Source of the DNA: Gemmatimonadota bacterium
GTDB lineage: Bacteria; Gemmatimonadota; Gemmatimonadetes; Gemmatimonadales; GWC2-71-9
Reading direction: 5' to 3'
Assembly: GCA_003221005.1 (NCBI GenBank)
Contig: QHTZ01000080.1
Location: forward strand, 1 to 50,015
Length of the DNA stretch: 50,015 bases
Positions 38,876 to 50,015 of this stretch are shown here, piece after piece (position 1 is the stretch's first letter; each line of letters opens with the position of its first letter). Made by a program: the position numbers and the translations under genes. The notes beneath the pieces were generated by a model. That model was not told where the DNA came from. It worked only from the letters and a program-made list of their open reading frames with translations, and ran no database searches.

Positions 38876-39547
38876 GTGCTTGAGCACCTGATCGAGTCCA
38901 AACGGAAGCGCGACCGCAAGAAGTATTTCGGCGTCGGTCTCGTGTCGCTCGTGGTGCACACCGCCGTCATCGCGGGCGCAGTGATCGCGACCGTCAGCGC
39001 GGGTCAGAGCGACAACAAGGTCCGAGTGGACACCGCGCTGGTCTACCTCGAGCAGCAGCAACAGAAGCCGCCGGAGCAGCAGCCGGTCCAACTGGACGTG
39101 CCGCTCAAGGGCTTCCAGACGGTCGTCGCCCCCACCGAGATCCCGACCAACATTCCGCCAGTCAACCTCCAGGAAAAATTCGATCCGAAGGACTACTCCG
39201 GCTCCGGGGTCGAGGGCGGCACCGCCAACGGCATCACGCCGAGCGATGTGTACATGGAGAGCCTCGTGGAGGAAAAGCCCGTGGTGCTGTCCGGGCCGCA
39301 GCTGCAGTATCCGCCGCTGCTCCAGCAGGCGGGCATTCAGGGCACTGTGATGGTCCAGGCCATCGTCGACACCACCGGCCGCGTCGAGCCGAGCTCCGTC
39401 CGGATCGTCCAGAGCCCGAACCCGGGTTTCGATCAGCCGTCGCGGAGCTACATCCTGCACGCCTTGTTCCGCCCCGCCCGAGTGCACGGTCGCCCGGTGC
39501 GGGTCTTGGTCGCGCTGCCCGTCGTGTGGCGTCTCAACCCGAGGTAA
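38876..39547 (+). CDS. tonB: Energy transducer TonB
   Basis: TM with SLVVH motif, Pro/Gln-rich linker, C-domain YPPLLQQAGIQGTVMVQAIVDTTG...FRPARVHGRPV. Confidence 0.9.
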   Translation: MLEHLIESKRKRDRKKYFGVGLVSLVVHTAVIAGAVIATVSAGQSDNKVRVDTALVYLEQQQQKPPEQQPVQLDVPLKGFQTVVAPTEIPTNIPPVNLQEKFDPKDYSGSGVEGGTANGITPSDVYMESLVEEKPVVLSGPQLQYPPLLQQAGIQGTVMVQAIVDTTGRVEPSSVRIVQSPNPGFDQPSRSYILHALFRPARVHGRPVRVLVALPVVWRLNPR

Positions 39548-39559
39548 GGAGCCTCCGTC

Positions 39560-40306
39560 ATGCCTTCGCTCTATGATCTGTTCGTGTCCATGGGGTTGTT
39601 CGCCAAGGGCATCGTCCTGGTGCTGGCGGCGATGTCGCTCATCTCCTGGACCAACGCGTTTCAGAAGTGGTGGCAGCTGCGCAAGTCGCGCAACGAGACC
39701 GTGACGTTCGCCCCAGAGTTCTCGCGCTTTCTGAAGGAAGAGCAGCTGGACGGAGCGATCAAGCTCGCGGAGAAGCAGAAGCACAGCCACGTCGCGCGAG
39801 TGCTGGGCGAGGCGTTGTCCGAGGTGAAGCCGCTATTGCGCGATCGCGCCACGATCACCGCCGGCGACATCAACTCGGTGGAGCGGGCCGTCGAGCGCGA
39901 GATGCTGATCGCCGCGGCCGAGCTGAAGCGCGGGCTCGGGATCCTCGCCACCACGGGCGCGACTGCTCCGTTCGTCGGGTTGCTCGGCACGGTGATGGGG
40001 ATCGTGAACGCGTTCACCGGTATGGCGGCCTCGGGCGGCGGCGGCTCGCTGGCGTCCGTGTCGGCGGGCATCGCGGAAGCGCTCATCACCACCGCCTTCG
40101 GTCTGCTCGTCGCGATCCCGGCGGTGTGGCTGTACAATTACTTCACCACCAAGATCGACTTCCTCGCGGTGGAGATGACCTACACGTCCAAGGAGCTCAT
40201 CGACTACCTGATCAAGAGCGTGGGCTCGGAGTTCGGGCGGTCGATCTTCACCAAGGAATTCCAGACGCAGAAGGCGACACAGTCCGGTGGCCCTGTCAGT
40301 CGCTAG
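39560..40306 (+). CDS. exbB: MotA/TolQ/ExbB proton channel protein
   Basis: LATTGATAPFVGLLGTVMGI, GIAEALITTAFGLLVAIPA. Confidence 0.93.
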   Translation: MPSLYDLFVSMGLFAKGIVLVLAAMSLISWTNAFQKWWQLRKSRNETVTFAPEFSRFLKEEQLDGAIKLAEKQKHSHVARVLGEALSEVKPLLRDRATITAGDINSVERAVEREMLIAAAELKRGLGILATTGATAPFVGLLGTVMGIVNAFTGMAASGGGGSLASVSAGIAEALITTAFGLLVAIPAVWLYNYFTTKIDFLAVEMTYTSKELIDYLIKSVGSEFGRSIFTKEFQTQKATQSGGPVSR

Positions 40307-40742
40307 CACCAGGGCGGCCGTCAAGGCCGACATCAACGTCACGCCCCTGATCGACGTGATGCTGGTGCTGCTCATCATCTTCATGATCGTCACGCCGATC
40401 ATCGCCGCGGGCTTCCAGGCCACGCTGCCGCGGAGCGAGAACCCGGAGAACCGGCCCGAGGGCCCGGACGAGATCCGGCTCGGGATCGACCGGGACGGGA
40501 AGTTCTACCTCGACATCGGCGACGGCCCGCGGCAGATCGCCGACGCGGACCTCCCCGGCCGCCTGCAGGCGCTGTATGCGATGCGGATGAAGGACAAGAT
40601 CCTGTTTCTGAAGGCCGACCAGAACATCGATTTCGCGCGCGTGCAGCTGGCGCTGGAGATGGCGCGCCAGGCGGGGGTCCGGGTCGTCGGCGCGATCACC
40701 GAGCAGAAGCAGACGCTCCTGAAGAAAAAGGAAGCGAGCTGA
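40287..40742 (+). CDS. exbD: ExbD/TolR family protein
   Basis: DINVTPLIDVMLVLLIIFMI, LKADQ. Confidence 0.93.
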   Translation: MALSVASTRAAVKADINVTPLIDVMLVLLIIFMIVTPIIAAGFQATLPRSENPENRPEGPDEIRLGIDRDGKFYLDIGDGPRQIADADLPGRLQALYAMRMKDKILFLKADQNIDFARVQLALEMARQAGVRVVGAITEQKQTLLKKKEAS

Positions 40743-40745
40743 CCG

Positions 40746-41162
40746 ATGGCGATGGGGTCCACCGGCGGGGGCGAGGGCCTCAGCTCCGACATCAACGTCA
40801 CGCCGCTCATCGACGTGCTGCTCGTGCTGCTGATCATCTTCATGATCACGCAGCCCTTGTCGCGCAAAGCGTTCGACGTGCAGGTGCCGCCCCAGCAGCA
40901 GACCAAGTCTAAGACGCCGCCCTCGAGCCAGATCGTGCTCGAGCTCACGCCGGACGGCGGGTACACGATCAACAAGCAGCCCTACGACCTGAGCCAACTC
41001 GAAGCGGCGTTCCATCAGATCTATGACACGCGTCCGGCCAAGCTGCTGTTCATCAAGGCCGCGCCCAGCCGCAAGTACCACGACGTGATGCTGGCCATGG
41101 ACATTGCCCACGGCGCGGGGGTCCAGGTCATCGGCTTCACGCCCTCGGAACAGCCACACTAG
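40746..41162 (+). CDS. exbD: ExbD/TolR family protein (second copy)
   Basis: DINVTPLIDVLLVLLIIFMI. Confidence 0.93.
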   Translation: MAMGSTGGGEGLSSDINVTPLIDVLLVLLIIFMITQPLSRKAFDVQVPPQQQTKSKTPPSSQIVLELTPDGGYTINKQPYDLSQLEAAFHQIYDTRPAKLLFIKAAPSRKYHDVMLAMDIAHGAGVQVIGFTPSEQPH

Positions 41163-41182
41163 CGCGCGACGACTAGGGGACG

Positions 41183-41215
41183 GCAGGGGCGCCGCGGCGG
41201 CGTCCCTGCTTTCTT
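41183..41215 (+). terminator. Probable intrinsic terminator after exbD
   Basis: Stem GCAGGGGCGCC / GGCGTCCCTGC followed by TTTCTT. Confidence 0.6.
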
Positions 41216-41228
41216 GTATGGTGTATCT

Positions 41229-41933
41229 ATGCCTGTGCTCGAGCCTCCGCTTCCCCTCCCTGCCGCGCCCCGTTTGTCCCTTCCCGTCACGCGCCGCCGT
41301 CTGGGGCCGGGTGCGCTGGCGTCGCTCGTGGTCCACGCCGCGATCGTAGGCGCCCTGTTGTGGCAGAGTGCTGCGCGCCTGGCGCAGCTCGGCACGGGGT
41401 CAGCCGGGGGAGGTGGCGAGCGCCCGGCGGTGAACTTCTTCGCACTGCCCGCGCCGGCGCCCGCCGCGGTCGAGCTCCCGCCGACGCCGCGGGTCCAGCT
41501 CACCGCGCTGCCGCCGCTGCAAGAGATCAAGCTCGACGTGCCGGCGATCGCTCCCGCGCTCGAGAGTGCGGCGGCACCGGGGGGTGCTGCGAGCGGCGGC
41601 GGAGGCCAGGGGGCCGGTCCGGGGACCGGCTCGGCGGCGGGGCCTGGAAGCGGAGGCGGGGGCGATTACATTATCGCCTCGCCGCGGACCGCGATTCTGC
41701 CGCCGCTGGCGAAGGTCCCTGGCTCCGTCGCCGGCCGCACCTACCGCGTTCGCTTCTGGGTGTCGGCCGACGGGCGCGTCACGCGGGTGGAGGTCGACCC
41801 GCCCATTCGGGACGAAGCGTACCGCCAGGAGCTCGTGCAGCGCATGATGGCGTACCAGTTCTACCCCGCCCGCGCGCGGGACGGGGTGACCGTGGCGAGC
41901 GTCTTCACCTTTTCCATGCGAATCGGAAACTAG
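41229..41933 (+). CDS. TonB-like membrane-anchored protein
   Basis: ASLVVH TM motif, Pro/Gly-rich linker, RVRFWVSADGRVTRVEV...FYPARARDG TonB_C-like end. Confidence 0.7.
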   Translation: MPVLEPPLPLPAAPRLSLPVTRRRLGPGALASLVVHAAIVGALLWQSAARLAQLGTGSAGGGGERPAVNFFALPAPAPAAVELPPTPRVQLTALPPLQEIKLDVPAIAPALESAAAPGGAASGGGGQGAGPGTGSAAGPGSGGGGDYIIASPRTAILPPLAKVPGSVAGRTYRVRFWVSADGRVTRVEVDPPIRDEAYRQELVQRMMAYQFYPARARDGVTVASVFTFSMRIGN

Positions 41934-41970
41934 CCCGCCCCGCGCGGGCTCCAAGGAGCCACAACTCACT

Positions 41971-44106
<2,136 letters not shown>

Positions 44107-44107
44107 C

Positions 44108-44187
44108 CGAGATGCGAGATGCGAGATGCGGGATGCGAGCGTGTGCTCCGCTGCCATCGCATTCCGCATCCCGCATCCCACATCCCG
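44108..44187. repeat. Hairpin built from tandem heptamers
   Basis: (CGAGATG)3 CGGGATG ... CATTCCG CATCCCG CATCCCA CATCCCG in the hppA-permease intergenic region. Confidence 0.8.
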
Positions 44188-44194
44188 GCTTTCG

Positions 44195-45700
44195 ATGAAC
44201 CAGCTCTTCTCCCGCAAGCCGATCGCGGAGCTGCTCGCCGAGGGCGCTGGCCCCTTCGCCCTGAAGCGGGCCCTGGGCGCAGGCGACCTCGTCATGTTGG
44301 GGATCGGCGCGGTGATCGGCGCCGGCATCTTCGGAGCGATCGGGACCGCCGCCGCGGGCCAGTACGATGCCGCGGGCCATCTCGTGCGCAGCGGCGCCGG
44401 TCCCGCGCTTGTGCTCTCCTTCCTGCTGCTGGGCGTCGCGTGCGCCCTCGCCGGGCTGTGTTACGCCGAGCTGGCGGCGATGATTCCCCAGGCGGGGAGC
44501 GCCTATGCGTACTCCTACGCAACCCTCGGCGAGCTGGTGGCGTGGATCATCGGCTGGGACCTGATTCTGGAATACGCGGTTGGGAACGTGGCGGTCGCGA
44601 TCTCGTGGGGGGACTACTTCACATCGCTGCTCGGTAGCTTCAACGTCCACCTCCCGGTTTGGCTCACCACCGGCTACCGCACCGCGCTGCTCTCGCCCGA
44701 TCGGGCCGTGCACGACTTGCTCCAGACCGCGCCACACGTCGCCGGCGTGCCGATCCTCGTCAACGTTCCGGCGTTCGTGATCGTCGCGCTCATCACTTGG
44801 CTGCTGATGCTCGGAGTCCGCGAGAGTGCCACCGCCAACAACATCATGGTGACGATCAAGCTGGTTGTGCTCGGGCTGTTCATCGTCGCCGGGCTCACCC
44901 ACATCAATCCCGCCAACTATCACCCCTTCGCGCCGCACGGCTTCCGGGGCATTCACCAGGGCGCGGCCATCGTCTTCTTTGCGTACATCGGGTTCGACGC
45001 GATCTCGACGGCCGCCGAGGAGACGAGGAATCCGCAGCGCAACCTTCCGATCGGCATCCTCGGCGGTCTCGCGATCTGCACAGTCATTTATATGATCGTC
45101 GGAGCCGTGCTCACCGGGATGGTGCCGTACACGGAGCTCGTCGGCGTGGCCGATCCCCTTGCGAAGGCGCTGAACAGCAGCGGCTTCACCACCGTGGGCT
45201 GGATCGTAGCGCTCGGCGCGATCGTATCGATGTCGGCGGTGCTGCTCGTGTTCCAGTACGGCCAGCCCCGAATCTTCTTTGCCATGGCGCGCGATGGCCT
45301 GCTCCCCGCGTGGGCGGCGAAGGTGCACGCGAAGTACCGCGTGCCCCACATGACGACCTTGATCACCGGGATCTTCGTGGCCGTGTGGGCGCTCGTCGGC
45401 GACGCCGGCGAGACCTACGACCTCACGAACATCGGGACGTTGTTCGCCTTCGCGCTGGTGGCGATCGGCGTCCTCGTGCTGCGGTACAAGGATCCCGACC
45501 GGCCGCGGCCGTTTCGGGTGCCGCTCGTGTGGCCCGTCGCCAGCGCCGCCGCCGTCCTGTGCGTGTTCGTGATGATCGGCCTGCCGCATCAGGCGTGGGA
45601 GCGGTTCGCCGTCTGGCTGGCGCTGGGGCTGAGCCTGTACGGGTTCTACGGGTACCGCCACTCCACGCTCCGCCGCACGCCCGCAGTGCGGGAGCCGTGA
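44195..45700 (+). CDS. APC-family amino acid permease
   Basis: LGIGAVIGAGIF, CYAELAAMIPQAGSAYAYSY, FFAYIGFDAISTAAEE, PRIFFAMARDGLLP; ATG 44195. Confidence 0.93.
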   Translation: MNQLFSRKPIAELLAEGAGPFALKRALGAGDLVMLGIGAVIGAGIFGAIGTAAAGQYDAAGHLVRSGAGPALVLSFLLLGVACALAGLCYAELAAMIPQAGSAYAYSYATLGELVAWIIGWDLILEYAVGNVAVAISWGDYFTSLLGSFNVHLPVWLTTGYRTALLSPDRAVHDLLQTAPHVAGVPILVNVPAFVIVALITWLLMLGVRESATANNIMVTIKLVVLGLFIVAGLTHINPANYHPFAPHGFRGIHQGAAIVFFAYIGFDAISTAAEETRNPQRNLPIGILGGLAICTVIYMIVGAVLTGMVPYTELVGVADPLAKALNSSGFTTVGWIVALGAIVSMSAVLLVFQYGQPRIFFAMARDGLLPAWAAKVHAKYRVPHMTTLITGIFVAVWALVGDAGETYDLTNIGTLFAFALVAIGVLVLRYKDPDRPRPFRVPLVWPVASAAAVLCVFVMIGLPHQAWERFAVWLALGLSLYGFYGYRHSTLRRTPAVREP

Positions 45701-45737
45701 CGCCGCACGCGTCGCGTGCCCGCTCTCGGCTCCGGCA

Positions 45738-46691
45738 TCATGATGCTCGCGCCGCAAGCTTCAGCGCGCCGACCGCCGGGTCGATCCGCGCGGAGCTGAG
45801 CCGTGCGCGCGGGACGCTGGCAGCGAGGCTCTCGCGGAGTGCGGCGGCGAGCGGGGACTGAGGGGCCAGCAAGCCCCCCGCTGCGGCCACCGGGATCGGC
45901 TCGCTGCCAGGGAAATGTGGCTCCAGCGCCAGCGCGAGACCCGCGAGCTCGCGTGCGGCGTCCGTCACCGCGTGCTGCGCCACCGCTTCCCCTTCCTTGG
46001 CGGCGTTGAGAACGTGTAGCGCGAGCGCCGCCACCTGGGCCGGCGTCGCGGTGGTGGTCCAGCGTACGAGGTCGTCGAAGCGCTGCAGGCCGAGTGCGCC
46101 GAGGAGACGCGCCAGCAGCGTCGAGCCCTCGCTGCGGCCGTCCTGCGCGCGCGCAGCGGCGTCGAGCGCACGCCGCCCCAGCCAATAGCCTCCACCCTCG
46201 TCGCCGAACTGCCAGCCGTGGCCACCGGCGCGGTGCACCTGGCCAGCAGGGTCCCGGGCGAACGCGACCGAGCCGGTGCCCGCGTTGATGAGGATGCCGG
46301 GTCGGCCCTCGAACGCCGCCATCAGGGCCACCTCTCCATCAGGTACCACGCGGACGCTCCGCGCCACCCCCGCCTGCGTGACGGCTGCCGCGAGCTCCGC
46401 TTGCTCCTGCGGGCGTCCCGCCCCTGCCGCGCCAACGACCGCTCGCACGGCCGGGAGCGACGCACGCGCCTGCGCGGCGGCGCGACGCGCCGTGTCGGCG
46501 ATGACAGCGGCCGCGGCGGCCGCCCCGCCCGGCTTCATCGCGGACGGCGGTCCTTCGGCGCGACCCAGGACCTTGAGATCCTCCCCGCCGAGGACGACGC
46601 TGCAGTGCGAGGCGCCGGCGTCGGCACCGACAAAGACGACGGAAGGACGGAAGGACGGAACGGGGGACCGCGACTCAGCGTTCATCCCCAT
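45738..46691 (-). CDS. BadF/BadG/BcrA/BcrD-family sugar kinase (N-acetylglucosamine/amino-sugar kinase-like)
   Basis: FVGADAGASH, GAAGAG, INAGTGSVAF, RAGGHGWQFGDEGGGYWLG. Confidence 0.88.
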   Translation of the reverse strand: MGMNAESRSPVPSFRPSVVFVGADAGASHCSVVLGGEDLKVLGRAEGPPSAMKPGGAAAAAAVIADTARRAAAQARASLPAVRAVVGAAGAGRPQEQAELAAAVTQAGVARSVRVVPDGEVALMAAFEGRPGILINAGTGSVAFARDPAGQVHRAGGHGWQFGDEGGGYWLGRRALDAAARAQDGRSEGSTLLARLLGALGLQRFDDLVRWTTTATPAQVAALALHVLNAAKEGEAVAQHAVTDAARELAGLALALEPHFPGSEPIPVAAAGGLLAPQSPLAAALRESLAASVPRARLSSARIDPAVGALKLAARAS

Positions 46692-46713
46692 TCCGTCCTG
46701 CCGTCTTTCCGTC
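46638..46713. repeat. Hairpin built from tandem octamers, straddling a gene junction
   Basis: GACGGAAG GACGGAAG GACGGAAC ... TTCCGTC CTGCCGTC TTTCCGTC. Confidence 0.75.
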
Positions 46714-48135
46714 GCCGTTCGTCACGAGCGACGACCCCATCCCCACTGCCACCGTCACTGCCGTCCCTAAGGGCACATACCACGGCCATGCCAGTCCGGA
46801 GAGGAGTCGTGCGGGGAACCCCAGCACGACGGGCGTCATGACGAGAACGCTCGCGATGATGGCGGCGATCACGTCGCGCTGGCGCGCCGGCGCCCAGAAC
46901 CCACCCAGCAGGTAGGTCCCGAGCAGGCCGCCGTACGTGATGGAGGCGATGCTCAGGGCCAGCTGCACCACCGGCGTGTTCTGACTCCGGAATGCGACCG
47001 CGCCCGCGACGAGCACCCCGGTCCAGAGCAGCGTCAGCCAGCGGCCCACCCATAGGAGGTGGGTCGGCTCAGTGCGCCCGGTGAGCGGGGCGTAGAAGTC
47101 GTGCGTGGAAGCGGAAGCGAGCGAGTTGACCGCCGAAGCGTGGCTGCTCATGGCGGCCGCGAGGATTCCGGCGACGACGAGCCCGGCAAGGCCCGCCGGG
47201 AGCTCCGTGATCACGAACGTCGGATAGATCGCGTCGCTCCGCATGCCGGCGTGATCGGCCCCCGCGAGCCACAGGCTCGTGCCCACGAGGAGGAACAGCG
47301 CGAACTGCGCGAGGATGAACGCCCCCGACCCGATGAGAGCCCGCTGCGCGTCCTTCAGGCCTCGGGCAGCGAGCAGCCGCTGCACGATCAGGTGATCCGT
47401 CCCGTGCGACGCCGCCGTGAGGAGCGCCCCGCCGACGAGACCGCCCCAAAAGGTGTAGAGCACGTGGAACGACGGGCGGAAGTCGAACGCCAGGAGCTTG
47501 CCCTGGTCCCAGGCGCGGTCGAACGACCCGACCCCGCCCGCGAGCCGCGTCGCGACGGCGAGCGTCGCGATCCCGCCCAGCAGGTATACGCCCAGCTGGA
47601 GCACGTCTACCCAGACGACGGCGCGGAGACCGCCGACCCACGTGTAGACCAGCGTGACGGCGCCGATGGCGAAGATGCCCGCGGCGAGGTTCCAGTGCGT
47701 GATGATGGCGAGCGGGATCGCCGTGGCGAAGACCCGCACGCAATCCGCGAGGGCGCGGGTGAGGAGGAACACGCCGGAGGCGGTGCGCCGCGCAGCCCGA
47801 CCGAAGCGTCGCTCCAGGCGCTGGTAGGCTGTGTCCTGCGTGCCTTCGAAGTAGCCGGGCAGGAGCAGGGAGGCGACGCCGATCCGGCCGACGAGGTAGC
47901 CGAGCCCGATCTGGAGGAACGTCAAATCGCCGCGGGCAGCGATCCCCGGGACCGAGATCACGGTTACCGCCGACGTTTCCGTCGCGACGACCGAGAGCAT
48001 GAGGGCCCACCAGGGGAGACCGCGATGGCCGAGGAAGTAGTCGCTGGCGTCGCGCTGGCGCCCCGCGAACACGAGCCCCGCCACGATCACGGCGGCGCAG
48101 TACAGGACGATGACGGCTACGTCGAGCGGGCGCAG
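46675..48135 (-). CDS. Sodium:solute symporter (SSS); start uncertain (CTG 48135 or TTG 48156)
   Basis: DYFLGHRGLPWWALMLSVVATETSAVT, HGTDHLIVQRLL, GILAAAMSS. Confidence 0.9.
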   Translation of the reverse strand: MRPLDVAVIVLYCAAVIVAGLVFAGRQRDASDYFLGHRGLPWWALMLSVVATETSAVTVISVPGIAARGDLTFLQIGLGYLVGRIGVASLLLPGYFEGTQDTAYQRLERRFGRAARRTASGVFLLTRALADCVRVFATAIPLAIITHWNLAAGIFAIGAVTLVYTWVGGLRAVVWVDVLQLGVYLLGGIATLAVATRLAGGVGSFDRAWDQGKLLAFDFRPSFHVLYTFWGGLVGGALLTAASHGTDHLIVQRLLAARGLKDAQRALIGSGAFILAQFALFLLVGTSLWLAGADHAGMRSDAIYPTFVITELPAGLAGLVVAGILAAAMSSHASAVNSLASASTHDFYAPLTGRTEPTHLLWVGRWLTLLWTGVLVAGAVAFRSQNTPVVQLALSIASITYGGLLGTYLLGGFWAPARQRDVIAAIIASVLVMTPVVLGFPARLLSGLAWPWYVPLGTAVTVAVGMGSSLVTNGDGKTAGRNGDER

Positions 48136-48151
48136 GGCCCCTCCCTCACCC

Positions 48152-48181
48152 AACAAAACGGCCCGCGACGAGCGCGGGCCG
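48152..48181 (-). terminator. Probable intrinsic terminator after the IscA/HesB gene
   Basis: Minus strand: CGGCCCGCG-loop-CGCGGGCCG followed by TTTTGTT. Confidence 0.7.
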
Positions 48182-48210
48182 GATCACCAGAGGGAGCGAC
48201 GGACAAGCGG

Positions 48211-48570
48211 TCAGACGCTGAAGGACGTCCCGCAGCCGCAGCCGCCGGTCGCGTTGGGATTTTCGAAGGCGAACCCCGACTCCTGGAAGTCGCTCTTGTA
48301 GTCGATCCTGACGCCGTTGAGATACTGCGCGCTGAAGCCGTCCACGAAGCAGCGCACGCCGCCCGTCTCGATGACCACGTCGTCGTCGAGCGGCTTGTCC
48401 TCGATGTTCAGGCTGTACTTGAACCCCGAGCAGCCGCCGGGGAGCACGCCGATGCGCAGCCCCGCCGTCTCGAGCGACACCTTCTCTTCCTGCATGAACT
48501 TCCGTACCTCGGCCCCCGCCCGGTCGGTCAGGGTGAGAGTGATCGGGGTCGTGCCCTGCGTGGTCGCCAT
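48211..48570 (-). CDS. Fe-S cluster assembly accessory protein (IscA/ErpA/HesB)
   Basis: LRIGVLPGGCSGFKY, FENPNATGGCGCGTSF; ATG 48570 after AAGGAGGAG. Confidence 0.95.
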   Translation of the reverse strand: MATTQGTTPITLTLTDRAGAEVRKFMQEEKVSLETAGLRIGVLPGGCSGFKYSLNIEDKPLDDDVVIETGGVRCFVDGFSAQYLNGVRIDYKSDFQESGFAFENPNATGGCGCGTSFSV

Positions 48571-48601
48571 CTCGTGCTCCTCCTTAGTCTCTCGCGGCAA
48601 C

Positions 48602-50015
48602 TTAGGAAGGTCCGCCCGTAGTGTCAACCGCGCCGCGCTGGAACCCCGGATCGCGGCGGAGGTTACGGGCGATGACCCAGAACGCCCCCGCCGCCACCGT
48701 GCCAAACCCCGCCGCCCTGGGCACGGTTCCCACGAGCAGCTCGCCGATGCCGAACAGGGCGCAATACACCGCCACCCAGCCTGCCACCCAGTTCACCCAG
48801 GAGAGTGCGCCGCCGGGGATCGCGTCCGCGCCGAACCCAAGCCGCGTGGCCACTGCCCGCCAGCCCGGGCCCCCGGGGCGGACGCGGCGGTAGAACCGCT
48901 CGAGCACCTCGGGTCGCTCGGGCGCGGTGGCGAGCGTCGCCACGAGCCAGGCGACCGTAGTGACGCCCACCGTGATCAGCATGACCGCGGCGTAGTTCCG
49001 CCCGGTCTCGTCCGCCGCGCTCAGATGCCACACAGAGGAGAGCACGACTGAGGTCACAAACGACGCCGCCATCGCGGCGAGCTCGCTCCACGCGTTGATG
49101 CGCCACCAGTACCACCGCAGGATCAGGACCGAGCCGGTGCCGGCACCGATCGCGAAGATGAAGCGCCACCCCGCCTCGACAGAGCCGAGGAACTGCATCA
49201 CGCCCACCGCAGCGAGCATCAGGACGACCGTGGCGACGCGGGAAACCGCGACCTGCTCGCGCGGGCTCGCAGCCTTGCGGACGAACCGCAGCCAGAAGTC
49301 GTTCACGAGATACGACGTGCCCCAGTTCAGGTGGGTGGAGATCGTGCTCATGTACGCGGCCGCGAACGCGGCGAGCAGCAGGCCCCGGAGCGGCGAAGGC
49401 AGCAGGTCGACCATCGCGCGCACGTATCCGGTCTCCGGCTTGGGGAGGGCGGGGTAGGTGACTGCCGCGAACAGCCCCACGAGGATCCAGGGCCACGGCC
49501 GGAGCGCGTAATGAGCGATGTTGAACCACAGCGTGGCGAGCAGGCCGTGCCGCTCGTCTTTGGTCGACATGATCCGCTGCGCCACGTAGCCCCCGCCACC
49601 GGGCTCAGCCCCGGGATACCACGCTGCCCACCACTGCACACTCAGGAACACGAGCAGCGAGGAGAGTGGCAGCCACCCGCCGTGCAGTGGCGGAATGATC
49701 CCGAGCGCCGCCTGGCGACTCCCGTAGTGGATGGTCGCGAGTTCGACCAGCCGGTCCAGCCCGCCGACGCGCTGCACCGCGAGGACCGCGAGCAGGATGG
49801 TGCCGCCCATCGCGACGATGAACTGGAAAAAATCCGTCACGATGACGCCCCACAACCCGCTCAGGATGGAGTACCCCGCCGTGAGCGCGAACAGCAGCAG
49901 AGCCACCTTCCAGCCGGAGAGACCGAACGCGATTTCCAAGATCGTGGCCATGGCACGGGTGACCCAGCCCATGATGACCAGATTGATGGGCAAGGCGAGA
50001 TACAGCGCGCGCACC
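48602..50015 (-). CDS. Sodium:solute symporter family protein (5' end outside the window)
   Basis: GLWGVIVTDFFQF, WYPGAEPGGGGYVAQR, AAYMSTISTHLNWG, LILRWYWWRINAWSE. Confidence 0.9.
   Translation of the reverse strand, partial: VRALYLALPINLVIMGWVTRAMATILEIAFGLSGWKVALLLFALTAGYSILSGLWGVIVTDFFQFIVAMGGTILLAVLAVQRVGGLDRLVELATIHYGSRQAALGIIPPLHGGWLPLSSLLVFLSVQWWAAWYPGAEPGGGGYVAQRIMSTKDERHGLLATLWFNIAHYALRPWPWILVGLFAAVTYPALPKPETGYVRAMVDLLPSPLRGLLLAAFAAAYMSTISTHLNWGTSYLVNDFWLRFVRKAASPREQVAVSRVATVVLMLAAVGVMQFLGSVEAGWRFIFAIGAGTGSVLILRWYWWRINAWSELAAMAASFVTSVVLSSVWHLSAADETGRNYAAVMLITVGVTTVAWLVATLATAPERPEVLERFYRRVRPGGPGWRAVATRLGFGADAIPGGALSWVNWVAGWVAVYCALFGIGELLVGTVPRAAGFGTVAAGAFWVIARNLRRDPGFQRGAVDTTGGPS

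Noticed and set aside
44108-46713. Short tandem repeats as a CRISPR array
   Set aside because: Units are 7-8 nt without unique spacers, and no cas genes are present.

Overview
High-GC bacterial window. Gene content and style suggest Gemmatimonadota; this is inference only. Left part: a cyclic beta-1,2-glucan synthase gene (runs off the window, with an in-frame TAG at a conserved Trp), an XRE regulator divergent from groES-groEL, then a tRNA-Ala(TGC) 3' fragment at 5864-5904 that recurs at 17433-17473. The ~11.5 kb between these att-like repeats is the most interesting part. It holds a divergent HTH regulator, five ZU5-like lipoproteins that all end in H-F-[S/C] plus a short aromatic-terminated tail (SNYALAW x2, SQYAICW x2, CWYELAY-DTYAVSW), two internally duplicated cytoplasmic TPR proteins, a sigma54 activator with a pseudo-receiver domain, and a TPR-HD-GYP phosphodiesterase. 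Sigma54-type promoters precede two of the operons. I propose, as a hypothesis, an autoproteolysis-released peptide / TPR-receptor signalling system. The rest is mostly housekeeping and metabolism: DUF1097, DoxX, DUF5686 OMP, dat, hisN, LssY-C, sodA, PuuD-like, peroxiredoxin, a sugar ABC transporter, Tat GH36, HK-RR-HK, tonB-exbB-exbD-exbD, K+-independent H+-PPase, APC permease, BadF-type sugar kinase, two SSS transporters and IscA/HesB. Periodic 7/8-mer hairpin repeats are scattered through it. No CRISPR array, rRNA or intact tRNA was seen.
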